In this document: in pieces, positions 27,330-39,685 of the stretch | How the letters are laid out: every line of letters begins with the position of its first letter | Numbering within the stretch: position 1 is the first letter of the stretch | Assembly: GCF_001949145.1 (NCBI RefSeq) | Contig: NW_019091360.1 | Coordinates: 740,137-804,136, forward strand | DNA length: 64,000 bases | Direction of reading: 5' to 3' | DNA from: Acanthaster planci | Lineage: Eukaryota | Made by a program: the position numbers and the translations under genes | The notes under the pieces: generated by a model | The model's input: the letters and a program-made list of their open reading frames with translations, nothing else | What the model was told of the DNA's origin: nothing | Databases searched by the model: none

Positions 27330-28180
27330 GCGCTCTAACACTAAAGAGTCAGCAGCTCAGATGGCATTTGAGGGATTATTCCAAATCTTGAATGCAGCCA
27401 CTTGAAATGATCAAGACCCCCCCCCCGAAGTTGTTAGCCCTGTGTTCAACCAAAAGAAGCTCACTGTTTGACCCCAAATTACTTTGCAAAGAAACATAGG
27501 GCTGAGTCAAATCAATAATACATGAAGGGGAGACATTATGAAGAGCTTTGTGGACAGTATGCCTTAAAAACAATTCCCTGCTAACCAGTGGAGTTATTTC
27601 AAGATGGGTGTCTGACATGAATGGCTTCTCTGAGCGGGTGATGAGTCTGGCCGTCTTAGGTTGTAAGCACTGCAGTGAACTGATTTGCAACTTGTTCAGG
27701 CCATGTAGAATTGAGTTGCCCATGTCAAGTCTAGATGTGATGAACATGTGGATCATTGTGTTTTTGCGACACGTTTATTGATCTATTATAGTTGGAACCA
27801 AGACTATGTAGATGTGGGTTGGACAAATCTCACTCTAAACAGATGTGTTAAGTGTTCAGCCTCAAGTAGTTTTGTTATGAAATACAAAAAAGTATTGATG
27901 CCAGATTGTGCTTCATTATATCAGCCCTGAGTGTTGAGTCCTTGGGAAGCAAAAAAACTGAGTTTCACTTGGGTGACAAAGATTTTACACGAAGTCTGGT
28001 CTTATCAGTGAAAGTCGTTTACAGGTGGATAGCTATTTCTGTCTGTAGTTCAAGACTGTTAAATTCATTTCAATCACCCGACACAGATGCATTTCCAATC
28101 ACATTTAAAGCAAGACGTGATGAAATTATAAGTGCAAAAAGTGTCTTAAACCGAAATGCACACTGCGATCTTTTTTGAAA
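27330..28180 (-). mobile_element. Degraded L2/CR1-group LINE ORF2 3' fragment
   Basis: IHMFITSRLDMGNSILHGL...SLQCLQPKTARLITR resembles the L2-clade IHAFVTSRLDYCNSLLYGL...RLQxxQNxAARL motif; frameshifts; boundaries approximate. Confidence 0.8.
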
Positions 28181-29934
28181 ATTGTTGTCTGGTACTGAAC
28201 GTATAGATGTAACAGTGGAAGGAAAAAGACAAAGGACAAGACAGCTGGGCTGCTTTTTTCATCTGAGATTTATTTAAGCATTTAGCAAGTAAAATTCGGT
28301 GGAAAGAATAATGTCAGATACATGTATTTGCCAACCAAGCATTATAGCTCATTCACCTTTTAAGTGGAACTCATTTACCTTTTGCAATATGGATCTGTAT
28401 TGGCCACAATTTACATTTGATGCATATAAAGTTAAAGGAATGTTTTGTATGATATATTTCTGGCCTGTAAAGCCATGAAGTAATGTTTGTCATATCATTG
28501 AACTTTAAATGTACATGTATATTAAATTCTGAAGTGTATTATGCGTGACACTGAATGTAACCCATCTGGTAAAACATCATTTGCATAATTACTGAATCAT
28601 TTGAAGGAGCCAATGGCAAATCTTTTATGCAAATAGTGCACTCTATACCAGCACAACCGGTTGGACACTGACAGCTCTTGAATGTCACTGGCTGCAATGT
28701 ACACCTATGAATTATATATCAGCAGGCTTTACATTGCCTTGCCAGACTGGGCTCATGAAGGGTAAACCAGACCTTTCTTTTGCCATGTCAAGGTGTAGTT
28801 TTTGCCAACTACTCATTGGCAAAGCTATGGCAGCTTGTGAATACAAATTCCACAGAATAATTCACCAAGTGGTAATCATGCAAATATTAAAACACTACAT
28901 AATAAATACTTCCTCCCAGAACTAAATTAATATGACTCTTATTTCAACACTGGTGAAGCAAAATGTGTTTTAGAAGCAAAGTTGTTGCCAACTATGAAAG
29001 TATGAACTTTCTGGAAAGTTTAACTGCCCACACGATATAGAAGTCAAGGCTTGTAAACAAAAGGTCCACAAAGTGTCCAAAATGAACGGTGGTTGTTCAC
29101 ATTTTTACTGTGAGTGGATGGCTGCTGCCCTCAGCTGCACAAATGTAACAAAATTCTTGGCTGTAAATATAATTGCTCATCAACACTAGAACAGCATTTT
29201 ATCAGATAACTTCATATTGTTTGTGTACCCTACTGCTTATCACTGTGTGAAGAAAGCTTTTTCAGCCAGATGCTTTGTGACACTGCAGAGTGTACATCAA
29301 ATATTTCCCAAATGGACAGACTTTCAGCCCTGTCTCAAACCATTTGTTAAAGCAAAAGGTAAACAAAGGATAGAAAGGTTGCACTACAGACTGAAATTTC
29401 TAAAATAATATTTATCAGTCATACCAATGCATTAAGAAAGTCTTCCTCAACAATTGATATTTTGAATCAGTAATAATTGTTGTTAATCTACACAAGTCCA
29501 GCTGAAAATAAACATCTGGTAACGGTTGCCACATATCTGTGCATGCTCATATGCACCTATGCATTCAACAAAAACCATTGTGATAAACCACATCAGTTGC
29601 TGAATACATAAAAAAGATATTAAATATTTTAAAATAAAGCATAAGAAAAGCAAACCAAGACTTTAAATATTTCCAAAATAAAGCATAATACAAGCTAAAA
29701 TTGCCACAAATGGAGCAAGTGAAAGAAACCATTGCAACTGAACATCAAGTTTTGGAAAGTATCAGTAGCAGATTCCCTACCCCACAGAAATACAAAATTT
29801 TCATCTTGGGTAAAAAAGCTAATAATTCCATGAGCAATGCAAATGAATGGGTAATATACCACTGAACCCTGCTACACATAGAGCTGATTTGCCCTGTTGT
29901 ATAAGACAATATCTTTGTAATGTTTTGTTTAAAA

Positions 29935-30391
29935 ATATTCAAATAGAGGGTGCTATGTAACATTATAAACCACTACGATTTCACCCAAATACATGACTCT
30001 CCAGTATATCATACTACTAAGTGTACTATTTTTTCAGACTTATTTTTCCTGAACTTGTAAGCTGGTTATTAATTCAAACAAAATTTCTCAAGAGCATAAA
30101 TATTTTGCACAATGATGACAATAATGAAAAATATACCCCAAACTTTGGATAAATTAATCCTGTACATTTATTTCTAGGAATGACAAAGAAACGAGTTTCA
30201 TTAGTACTGACAATTGAGAAAATACCAAACAAAAACCCAACCCCTTAACCTCCTGCCATTCAATGTCAAATGTTTACGAAGCTGAATTACTTCATAGATG
30301 ATGGAACATTTCAAAACCAGCCTTTGAGGTTTTGAATCAAAAATTCAAATAAAGGGTGCTATGTAACATTAAAAACTGCTAAGATTTCACC
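29935..30391 (+). repeat. Pair of ~50-bp direct repeats about 410 bp apart
   Basis: ATTCAAATAxAGGGTGCTATGTAACATTA...GATTTCACC at ~29937 and ~30343. Confidence 0.7.
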
Positions 30392-31378
30392 TGTGTGCAT
30401 GTGGAATAAACTGCAAAAACGTTCCTAACATCAGTGTAAAACAACAAATTTTGTTAATCAATGGCAGTTACGCAGGCACCAGATTCAACAAATGGTCCTA
30501 ATGGTCTTAGATGTCAATTTCACTCCAAAAAAGTCCGAGTTGATAAACTACTAAAGAATTCACGATCAATACGTGTACATGTACTTTTATTCCTTTCCTA
30601 CGTTAATTCTTGTTGATTTGCTTTCCCCTCATGTTTATTCATTGGGTAAATTGGTCTTTCCTTCTTTTTATTAAAGTGTGTACTTGCAACATGGCTACAA
30701 CATGCAATATATTATGCATGTAATAGTGATGCGGACCAAAAATAAACATGACCCATTTTTACTATTGCGTATGAGCACTGAGAGTAATCCTGACAGACTG
30801 CTTATCTGAGGTGAATATGGTATCATGCATTCTAGCATTAATCATTCACTCAAAATGTTGTAGTCCACATTAAACATGAAGGCACAAGTATCAAATAAGT
30901 TGTGTTCGATGTTCTTTTTACAGGATAAAGCATGAACGATAAGGCCCCTGCAGGTTCAAATAGCATTTGTGTTTACATCAACTGTGAAGCTGTTCCCCTT
31001 TGATCCCAAAGTAAGGCATAATTTCTCCAAAGCCCCATTATGTTGCATGTTTTCAGCTGGATCAAATGTTCACAAGACCAGCTCCAGTCTCCACAATGCC
31101 CCAGTCTGCATGTTCATATTAAAAACTAGCAGCGACTTGTATTCAATGAAGTGTGCAATAGCTATCACATACATGTATATGTAGGTCTGCAATGTAGCAT
31201 GCAGTGTGCGTGGAATTCTTAGCACATTGTCTGCTAATTTTAAGGCACATCAGGTGAAGTGACATCTGGAATATAACACTTCACCAATCATGTGCTTCTG
31301 AATTGGTCAGGCATCAACAACATCCTCTGATTTCATACAAAAAAGAAATCATTTTGAATGCTTGGTTTACATTAAAAA

Positions 31379-31714
31379 AGCACCTCTAAGGAAAACATGT
31401 CTTCTCTGATTTTATCTGTTCAAATAAATATGGAAGCAACCAAATCGAATGCTGTGTCATTTGTCTTTAAGCTCAACTATAACACCCTAAAATGGGCTCT
31501 TTTTCTGTTCATGCCAATATGCGAATTCTGAATGCAGATTGCGTCACTGAGGAGAAAAACAGAGGAAACAAGGTGAACCCTCACCCTGTGTTCATAACGG
31601 TAGTGGACAAACCCTTGTGCATCCCAAACAATGGCTACATGCATTGTTTCCATATGCTTCCATATTTATTTGAACAGATGAAATCAGAGAAAACACATTT
31701 TCCTTAGAGGTGCT
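31379..31714. mobile_element. MITE with ~60-bp TIRs
   Basis: AGCACCTCTAAGGAAAA...TGTTCAAATAAATATGGAAGCA is inverted at 31655-31714. Confidence 0.8.
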
Positions 31715-32124
31715 CTAATGAGACCAAAATATTTCATCAGTTGGATTACAAACCCTCCAACTCCGACAAGTGCAATTTTCGACAATAAACAAGTTGAAAA
31801 AAATGGTACTTTTCCCGGCAGTTTTTTTTTTTAGTGTTTGAAGAAATAGACTAAAATCAATTTTTTTTCTCTTCAACCTGGATAAGTTACAGTAACTGTA
31901 GGAGAAACTGGAACTTCAGAGTTGTTTTCTTCCCTCTGACCCTGCAAAATTTGATGCCACATTTATGTTCATAAAATGCTGGCCTGAGACTCTAAAGGAT
32001 ATTATGCATATGTGTATGTACATGAACAGTATACATGTACATTGTACATGCACGGTGTACAGCTGTTTATATACACACGAACTTGTTACCGGGTTATGGG
32101 GACAACACACATATTGAAATACCA

Positions 32125-32256
32125 GGTTAGTTACTTGGCCATGTTTGAGCTGCAAAAAATCATCCAAATAACATGGTCCCAACAATGTGTAAACATTGTT
32201 GGGACCATGTTATTTGGATGATTTTTTGCAGCTCAAACATGGCCAAGTAACTAACC
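32125..32256. repeat. Perfect palindrome: 64-bp arms, 4-nt loop
   Basis: 32125-32188 is the exact reverse complement of 32193-32256; loop GTAA. Confidence 0.97.
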
Positions 32257-33791
32257 CAAAGCACCCACTCAACCTGTCACACATACTTTTCCCTTTCATT
32301 TCAGCTCTTTCAGCAGCCATTCACCTCATAAAAGAATCCATCTTGTTTCCTTTCCATGTTCATCTAACCAGCGACGGTGGAAAGATTTTCAAAGTGAGGT
32401 GGGGGCCAGTTGAGAGACCATTGGGCATCAGCCATTAACAGGCTGATCAATTAAGCCTAACCCCATTGTAGGCTCTGCAAAAAGTGGGGGCAGCATACCC
32501 CCAGTTGGAAATGTCCCCCCCCCCACCGCTTGCGCTGCAAGTTCATCCCCAGAACAGTAGACGTTTTCCATTTCAGGAACATCTGTCAATTTGACATTCA
32601 AACTGAGCATAAAATACACACAAACTACACATGATGAGTACTGAACAATTTTACCGAAATATTATGTGACACCTGCCAAGTATCAGTACTTCATTTTGCC
32701 TTTGGGAAAGATTCTACTAGGATCGAAACATCAGGCCCTCCGTATCTTGTGATAGAGATAAACTTGTCAAAGTCAAATCTGGCAAACTGATGGGGCTAGA
32801 CCATGGTATGCACATCAAACATGTAATGGGCATTATAAAGAAAGTGTGACATCATGATGACATCACTGTATTACATTTAAAGAACTGAATATTTACAGAC
32901 TTCAGACTTCAAACTAAGTTTCAACAGCCCTATGTACTGATGACACATGACAGTGATTACTGCAGTGATATGATGGGATAGATTTTGAGTCATCGGTCTG
33001 ATGTACATGTACGTGGAAATCATTTGCCAGAAATAGGAGATAAAGTAAGCCTATGAGTTACATTATACATGTATCTCAAGAAATATAAAGGCTCAGTCTT
33101 ACCACATCCAGCTCTGGAAGATGATTCCCTGAAAGATTGAAAAACTTGGTTAGAAAGAAAGTTTCTTCAACACAGAAATAATCATATTCACATGCTTATG
33201 ATAACATGTACGGTTAAACCCTGTTCTGTCCCACCAACCATGCATGGTGGTAAACACTGTAATACATCATCAGTACATCTGGCTATTCTAATAATACATT
33301 TGTATGTCACAAAGATGTACATGACGTTAAAAAAATATATAATTACGTATGATGTTACGACAGTATCATCAAAAATGAAATTTGTTGAATTCATAATGAG
33401 AAGATATGATGGCACCATACACTGGATCTCTGTACACACTTTAAATATTCCAATTTTTTCCCTACCGTTCAATTCTGATCTTAAAACAGTAAATTCAAAA
33501 ACCATTGTCCCACCTGTGACATGTCATTTTATCATGTTACTCCATCTTCCTTCCTCCTCATCTTCCTAGAATTCCCCATCTTTCTTGAATCCATATGTTT
33601 TGCAAAGAACGTATCAAATACAGTCTGAGTGCAAACAGTCATACTGCACAACTCTGCCCAGTTTGCAATGATGTGATTGTTTTTTTTAATCTCTGCCACA
33701 ATTGATGTCTTACGTGAGGAAAACCTCAAAAGCTTTCCTGATTTGTGGAAATGTTTCACACCTGGATTAGATCTGTTGCCCTTTTAGCCTA

Positions 33792-33932
33792 TCACCATGG
33801 AAATGTGGATGTCCTGCCACGCTGCTCATCTCGAAGTTGCCGTGCTACCTGTGCAAATGAGGATGAATGGTCCCTCATATCTTGGATGGTATCATCAAGT
33901 TGGCCAAGACGCTCTCCTCGTTCCAGTGCAGC
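33792..33932 (-). CDS. Last coding exon: tomosyn/amisyn-like R-SNARE motif (AALERGERLGQLDDTIQDMRDHSSSFAQVARQLRDEQRGRTSTFPW*)
   Basis: cacAG acceptor, phase 0; ERGERLxxL zero-layer Arg signature with correct heptad layers; ends without a TM helix. Confidence 0.87.
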   Translation of the reverse strand, partial: AALERGERLGQLDDTIQDMRDHSSSFAQVARQLRDEQRGRTSTFPW

Positions 33933-34564
33933 CTGTGCCAAATCAAAACAAGGCATGCGTGCATCTTTTGGGTTCATCCACTTTGCATTCAAAACGATCT
34001 TTCATTAAATGCCATAAATGTCTCTTTTTTTTCCACAGAGTTATTCCATGCTGAATGGTGAAGATGTGATTGGCTAGGTTACACAGATTTTGTCATTTTG
34101 TCACTGTCCTACGATAGCAACAAAATTATCTCCCACCTTTGTGAATGTTAAGATACCTCATTCTAAAAAATACAGTCCTTAAATTCCCATATTCTCTCAC
34201 AACAGTGAAGTTCTTTGCATTTCCAAAGACCCGTACCTAACAAATTGCTCAAACTGGGATGAACATGATAGCTTCACCCCAAATCATGTCCTCCATGTAA
34301 ACATCATGGGTAGAGTCAACTGTACTTAACAGAAAACACCACCCAAATTAAGTGTTCAGTAAGGCCCCATTATATTATTACATTAAATCTAGAGCATCCT
34401 CACAGATGCCCCTTTCCCAATGTTTGCGTCCTCACTATCATTGTTCATGATGATTCATTCAGACTGTGAAAGCCAGACACTGCCTTCTGTGGGTGCCGCA
34501 AGATTCTTAATACCTGGCTCCTTTCCTTACAGTCCATTTCACCATTTTGACTTTGTTAACCAAC

Positions 34565-34644
34565 CTTTCTGGGATCACTTGCTGCTTTGTGGGATGCAAT
34601 TTTCTCTCTGACATCACGCTCTACTTCATATTGAGCAACCCGGC
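34565..34644 (-). CDS. Coding exon 3 of R-SNARE-motif gene (GRVAQYEVERDVREKIASHKAASDPRK)
   Basis: ctcctttttgtttcAG acceptor, GTTGGT donor; phase 1-0. Confidence 0.8.
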
Positions 34645-34878
34645 CTGAAACAAAAAGGAGACAGAGAACTGTAGTCACTGAAATGTTCATGCAACCGTCG
34701 TCCATTTCCAGCCTTCCCCTGACAAAATGTAAGGCCTGCGGAAATTCGACAAAGTACATGTACAACTCCAAAAATGAGAAATATGTTGTGCTTGTCTGCA
34801 ATGCTGCTGCATGGTTAAAGTTCTAAGAGATAATATTGAAACTCCAAAAGAAGAAATCGTCCAATACAGAGTCATTCT

Positions 34879-34968
34879 ACATGTACATGTGTACAGCTGA
34901 ACATGTACACAGCTGAACATGTACATGTGTACAGCTGAACATGTACATGTGTACAGCTGAACATGTAC
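34879..34968. repeat. Minisatellite (ACATGTACATGTGTACAGCTGA)n, about 4 units
   Basis: Directly visible tandem array. Confidence 0.9.
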
Positions 34969-36123
34969 AAAGGCTGGATCCCTACTGTTAAGGTACAGTC
35001 CACCATTTTGCAGTTTATCTAAAAAGTGACGGACAAAATTATGGCTACATGTAAAAAACATACTTGGTGATGGTGAGAAGAATAAATTCCCAATGAAATT
35101 ACCATTTCAGGTAAGCTGTCATTTTGAGGAAAAAAATGAAAGAAGACCATTTCCAACAATGTGTCTAAAGATGCATTTTTGGAAAAATGCCATTAGAAGC
35201 ATGCACAAGTACTGACACGACACACGTACATGTACCAGTACGTTCATGGTTACTATACGTGTTTATGTTCATGTACATGTAGTTCATTATTTCACTACAT
35301 GATAACATGTAGCTGCCTTCCACTGAACATGAGAATGTGTCCCAGATACGGAATTTTGGCTTAATTCAAAACATAACTGAGCAACTTGTGATCTTAAATC
35401 CGATTCCTACAATACTTTTTCTCGGAATATATACAATATTCACTGAGCTGAAACTACTTCACCCTTCTTTAGATTTTGAGTAATTTTACACAAATGACAA
35501 ATGATAATCTGTAGATGTGCCTTTAAAATAAGGCATGCCAAACCAAAAGCCAACAGAGACCAGGCAGTCTCAAGAAGCTAACAATGAAGTCCCGTATGAG
35601 GCACATACCTTATGTCTATGAATTTAAATCTAATAAATGCCTGACAAGTACACTATAGAGCATGTACATGTATAAACCTGTAATCTACATGTACTGTGTA
35701 ACCTTTATCAAAAGCACTTTAAACATTTTAGCCAACATGATTACACTACATGTACATGTGCACTTACACTTGCACCGATTAAACTTCTTGGCTTTTGACA
35801 TTTCGACATTATGGTTACAACGTACTTCTCACGATCCAAACTTACATGCTATCAGACATCTCTTCTCCCCAATCCTTCCTCATGCCTCAAGTGAAATTTT
35901 AATTTCCTATGCATATTTAAGCACACGCCAGGTGCCCTATGTTCTCCCTACTCCAGTCAGACACCAACAGTATGTAAAGGTAAATATAACAGAGTTTTAA
36001 TCAAAGAATGACAGGGAGACATACATGTTCATGTACATGTATTTTACAGGTGTCATACATGTACATGTACAGAGACATGGGCAGCCATAGGGTTATTAGT
36101 TCAACTTGAATATGTCTGTTTAC

Positions 36124-36189
36124 CTTTGGCATAATGTGACTTCATCCCCTCCCCGGCTACAAATTCTGTTCTCCGTTTTGCTGTCCTTG
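36124..36189 (-). CDS. Coding exon 2 of R-SNARE-motif gene (TRTAKRRTEFVAGEGMKSHYAK)
   Basis: ttctttgcAG acceptor, GTAAAC donor; 66 nt, phase 1-1. Confidence 0.75.
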
Positions 36190-38850
36190 CTGCAAAGAAT
36201 ACAAAAATGCTAACTGTAAAGAACTTTGCAAAAACATCAAAGTATACTACAATAACAATGTAAGAAAACACATTGGAGCCACTGCAAACACGGAATACAA
36301 ACAAAGTAGGAATTAACCTTTGTAGCAACTGGAGAAACTATGAACTTCCTTTTCTCTTGGTAAATTAACCCTCTTATCTTAGTCTTTTTTTTAAGGAACC
36401 TTCCAGAATCCTGCAAAATCGTTCACTTTGTAGGAATCCAACAGCATGCTCTTTATACTGTAGTAACAATCAAATTCCCTTTACAGCAAGCCACCTGGCT
36501 GGGAATTGAACTCCCACAAAAAGTCTTGGGTCAACCTCTACAAACTGATACCTTGCACAGGTTGGACTCAATAGCATTTACACAGTCTAGGAGCTGCCTC
36601 TACTGACTCCTTTGCACTGTGGAAAGTCAAGACCATCAACCATCTCATCCATGAAAGCAGCATCTACAAAGCACCTAATGGCTGTACCAGAATGATGGCT
36701 CTTGATGATGACATCGTCAACTGAGCTATCTACAAACCTGCCAGTCTAGATGTTGATGGCTTAGCAATCCACACAAGCAAAAACAGACATATATGTTCTA
36801 CATGAAGTCACCATGACTTGACTTTGACTTCATCAATTCAACTACAAAAATGCTCAAAATACCTCTGACAGATTTTTAAAAAGCTCAATTCCTTGCAGGT
36901 AATGCTTTTCACTATATTAAAATTTTCATTCTGAACAATTCTGTTCTCTTTTTAATACATGAGTACCTTGATTTTCCCTTCAAATGTAAACAAGTCTCTA
37001 AATACCTACATGTACATGTAAAGGCAATTTACATCATGAGCATATTAGTGACCCACTCAGAGCCCTTTGGAGTAAAAGGTGCTTTCAAATAATTGTGCAC
37101 AGTGTAAATCAATAGGAACCCACAGCATTTGTCACCACGGAGTATCCACTTTCATCAGGATGCCAAAATGAGTTCAAAACAAAAACTTAATTTGCTCTTT
37201 CCAATGTAAATGAAAACTCAAAAAGGGGCTCTGGCGACTTAAGACTCATTTTCACAGAGTGGGTCACATTTGCAGTGTACACATACATTTACATGTATGT
37301 ACAAGAAAGTAATTGTGCGTACAATGCAGCTTACTGTTGTCTGTATATTTACATATAGCACTGCACTGGCTCCAGCTGCAGTCTTATCTTTATTACTGCA
37401 TGAAAACAGGAGAATAATTATAATGCACAGTAACGAGGTAAATGGCCTTCTGCTGCATTTCACACTGTCCAATTTGTATCACTGCATGTTCAACAGTATG
37501 ACCATCTAGAATTACATGAATATGTGCCATGTAACCGTGCATGATACCAACAGTACTAAATGTACCATACCGATAGATATACATGTACAAACATGTACTG
37601 TATATGTACATATGTAAGTACACACAGACACCTCCCCTAAGTGTAATCTGCACGTGTGCACATTAATAAGAAATGTACAAAACAGCTTTTTTGAACACTG
37701 TACATGTACATACATGTATTGTAGGTGTGCATGAATACTGTCAAGCATGTCAAGCCAGCAAAGACTGTGACTGTAGTCGTCAATGTACTATACTGCCCGC
37801 ATGATGATAAATACAAAACCAAAAAGTTGTGGTGAGATTAGCACTCAGCTTTCATAAAAACAACAAAACAAAATGGTCAACTTCCATTACAGTTTGCCAC
37901 AATGCATACTCTCCTGTGATAACATGGCGAGTCACATTAACTCACTTATAAGGAAGAATCCATTTCTACAGGTAAGTTCAGATTTTTTTAAAGGCAGTGG
38001 ATTTTTTGCCATCGCTGGCTAACTTCAACTAACGATATGTACATGTAGCTGGGCACATACATGTAGGCAGTAATGTTTTGGGCACTTGGAAATTCTCACT
38101 GTGACAAATTTTAGTTAGCTGGTTCTGCGCAACTAAAGTTGTCATAACTTTGTAGTCATGGAAAGGCAGACCATTTTAAAATATCAGACTTTTTCCCCTT
38201 AACAAAAAGCTCTACAGCCACGAATCTGAAAAAAGGAAATGTAATACTCTGTAATTAAATGTTTTGTGCGGACAAAAAAGGAAGTAACGGTTGGGAACCA
38301 AACCCAACTGGGAGCATCGCATTTAGGCTCCAAATACATGTACATGTATGTACGTGCAATCCATTAGACTACGACATGTGCTCTAAAATCAATGGTAATT
38401 TAATAACTTTAATAGGTTTCCCCATGCATCAAAGAGGGCGCTATCTTCTAGTAGTAAGCTAAATATCATTTACTTAGGGATAAATATCCATTGTCTTTTT
38501 CAAATGTCCCCACAACATATTACTCCCATAGTTCCAATTCATTCAATTGCTAATCGCTGCATGATACTGTATCTTGACCAGTCAGGGCACTCTGAGTAAA
38601 TTATATGAGACCTTTCATTAGTTACCATACCATAGATTACACATGTTAGATCATTCCCTGTGATAACTGATGACAGCACAATCATGAGCTATACGTAGCA
38701 TAAATATTAAACACTGGGCATTTTTTCATTCAAATTTACCAAAGCTCATGAGAAATAGTTTTCATAAATTTAAGAGAATAGAGAAAGTTCAAACTATGTG
38801 TATACAAGTATTCTTTCATAAAGGCTTTTCATTCAAATATCAATACTCAC

Positions 38851-39685
38851 TTCCTGATTTGCTGGGAGCTGTCTGTGATTCTCTGCTGTTTTTAACATAC
38901 AAAGGTTTCTTGTAATCTCTCTCTGGAGCTCTCTCCTCCATGCTAAACTTTTTCTTCTCCAGGTGAGATGACTTTTTTTCCTGAAGACTATGCTTTTTCT
39001 TTCCAACCTGCTCTCCACTGCTATTCCGAGACGGTATAGACACCATTGAGGTGGCCCTAGCCTTAGCCCTCTTGAATGATTGCTGTGTTCTCTTCATTAG
39101 TGAGAACCCTTTATTGGGACTGGTCTCTTCATCACTGCCTTCATCTTGATCTGATTGGTCATGGGTGGGTAGGGATGATGGTTCATTACCCGAGGCTGGA
39201 CTAGGAGATGTACAAAATGAAGATTCTTCTTCTTGAGTTGCGCTTGGTGGGTAAATGACTTTGGCAGCCATTGCCACTGCTACTAGCTGATCAATCTCCC
39301 TGTCTACGTCACCTTGTGACATGTCATCACCTGCCACTGTGACAGCAGTAACACCCTCATTGGGATTTTCAGCCACCTCTTGCTCAGCAAGTTGACTTTC
39401 TGATGCATGCTGCGGTGATATACTGCTGTGTGATACATCACTGGATGATGAATATTCATCACTCAATTCCTTGTACTGTGTGATCTCTTCTTTACTGGGG
39501 CTTTGTTTGATGTTCCTGTTTGCTTGAGGTTTCTCCTCATATTTCAGTTCACTTTTGTCCTCTACTGTTGACAAGGAGCCATAATCCCTTGATGCAGGCT
39601 CTGGCTCTTCATTATCCACTATAATGCATTTTTCCTCAACGCTTTCTTCCTTGGCATCATCATTATGGCAACAACAGCCACCCAT
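38851..39685 (-). CDS. First coding exon of an acylated, TM-less R-SNARE-motif protein (MGGCCCHNDD... acidic then basic disordered region)
   Basis: 835-nt open frame; first in-frame ATG in strong context (ATCATGG); GTGAGT donor at 38850; phase 1. Confidence 0.85.

Noticed and set aside
37351..37396. Minus-strand acceptor and GTAAAT donor within the SNARE-motif gene
   Set aside because: A ~43-nt exon would shift the frame; the model is phase-consistent without it
38270..38375. tRNA-like sequence on the minus strand
   Set aside because: Too degenerate and interrupted by ACATGT repeats; at most a SINE relic
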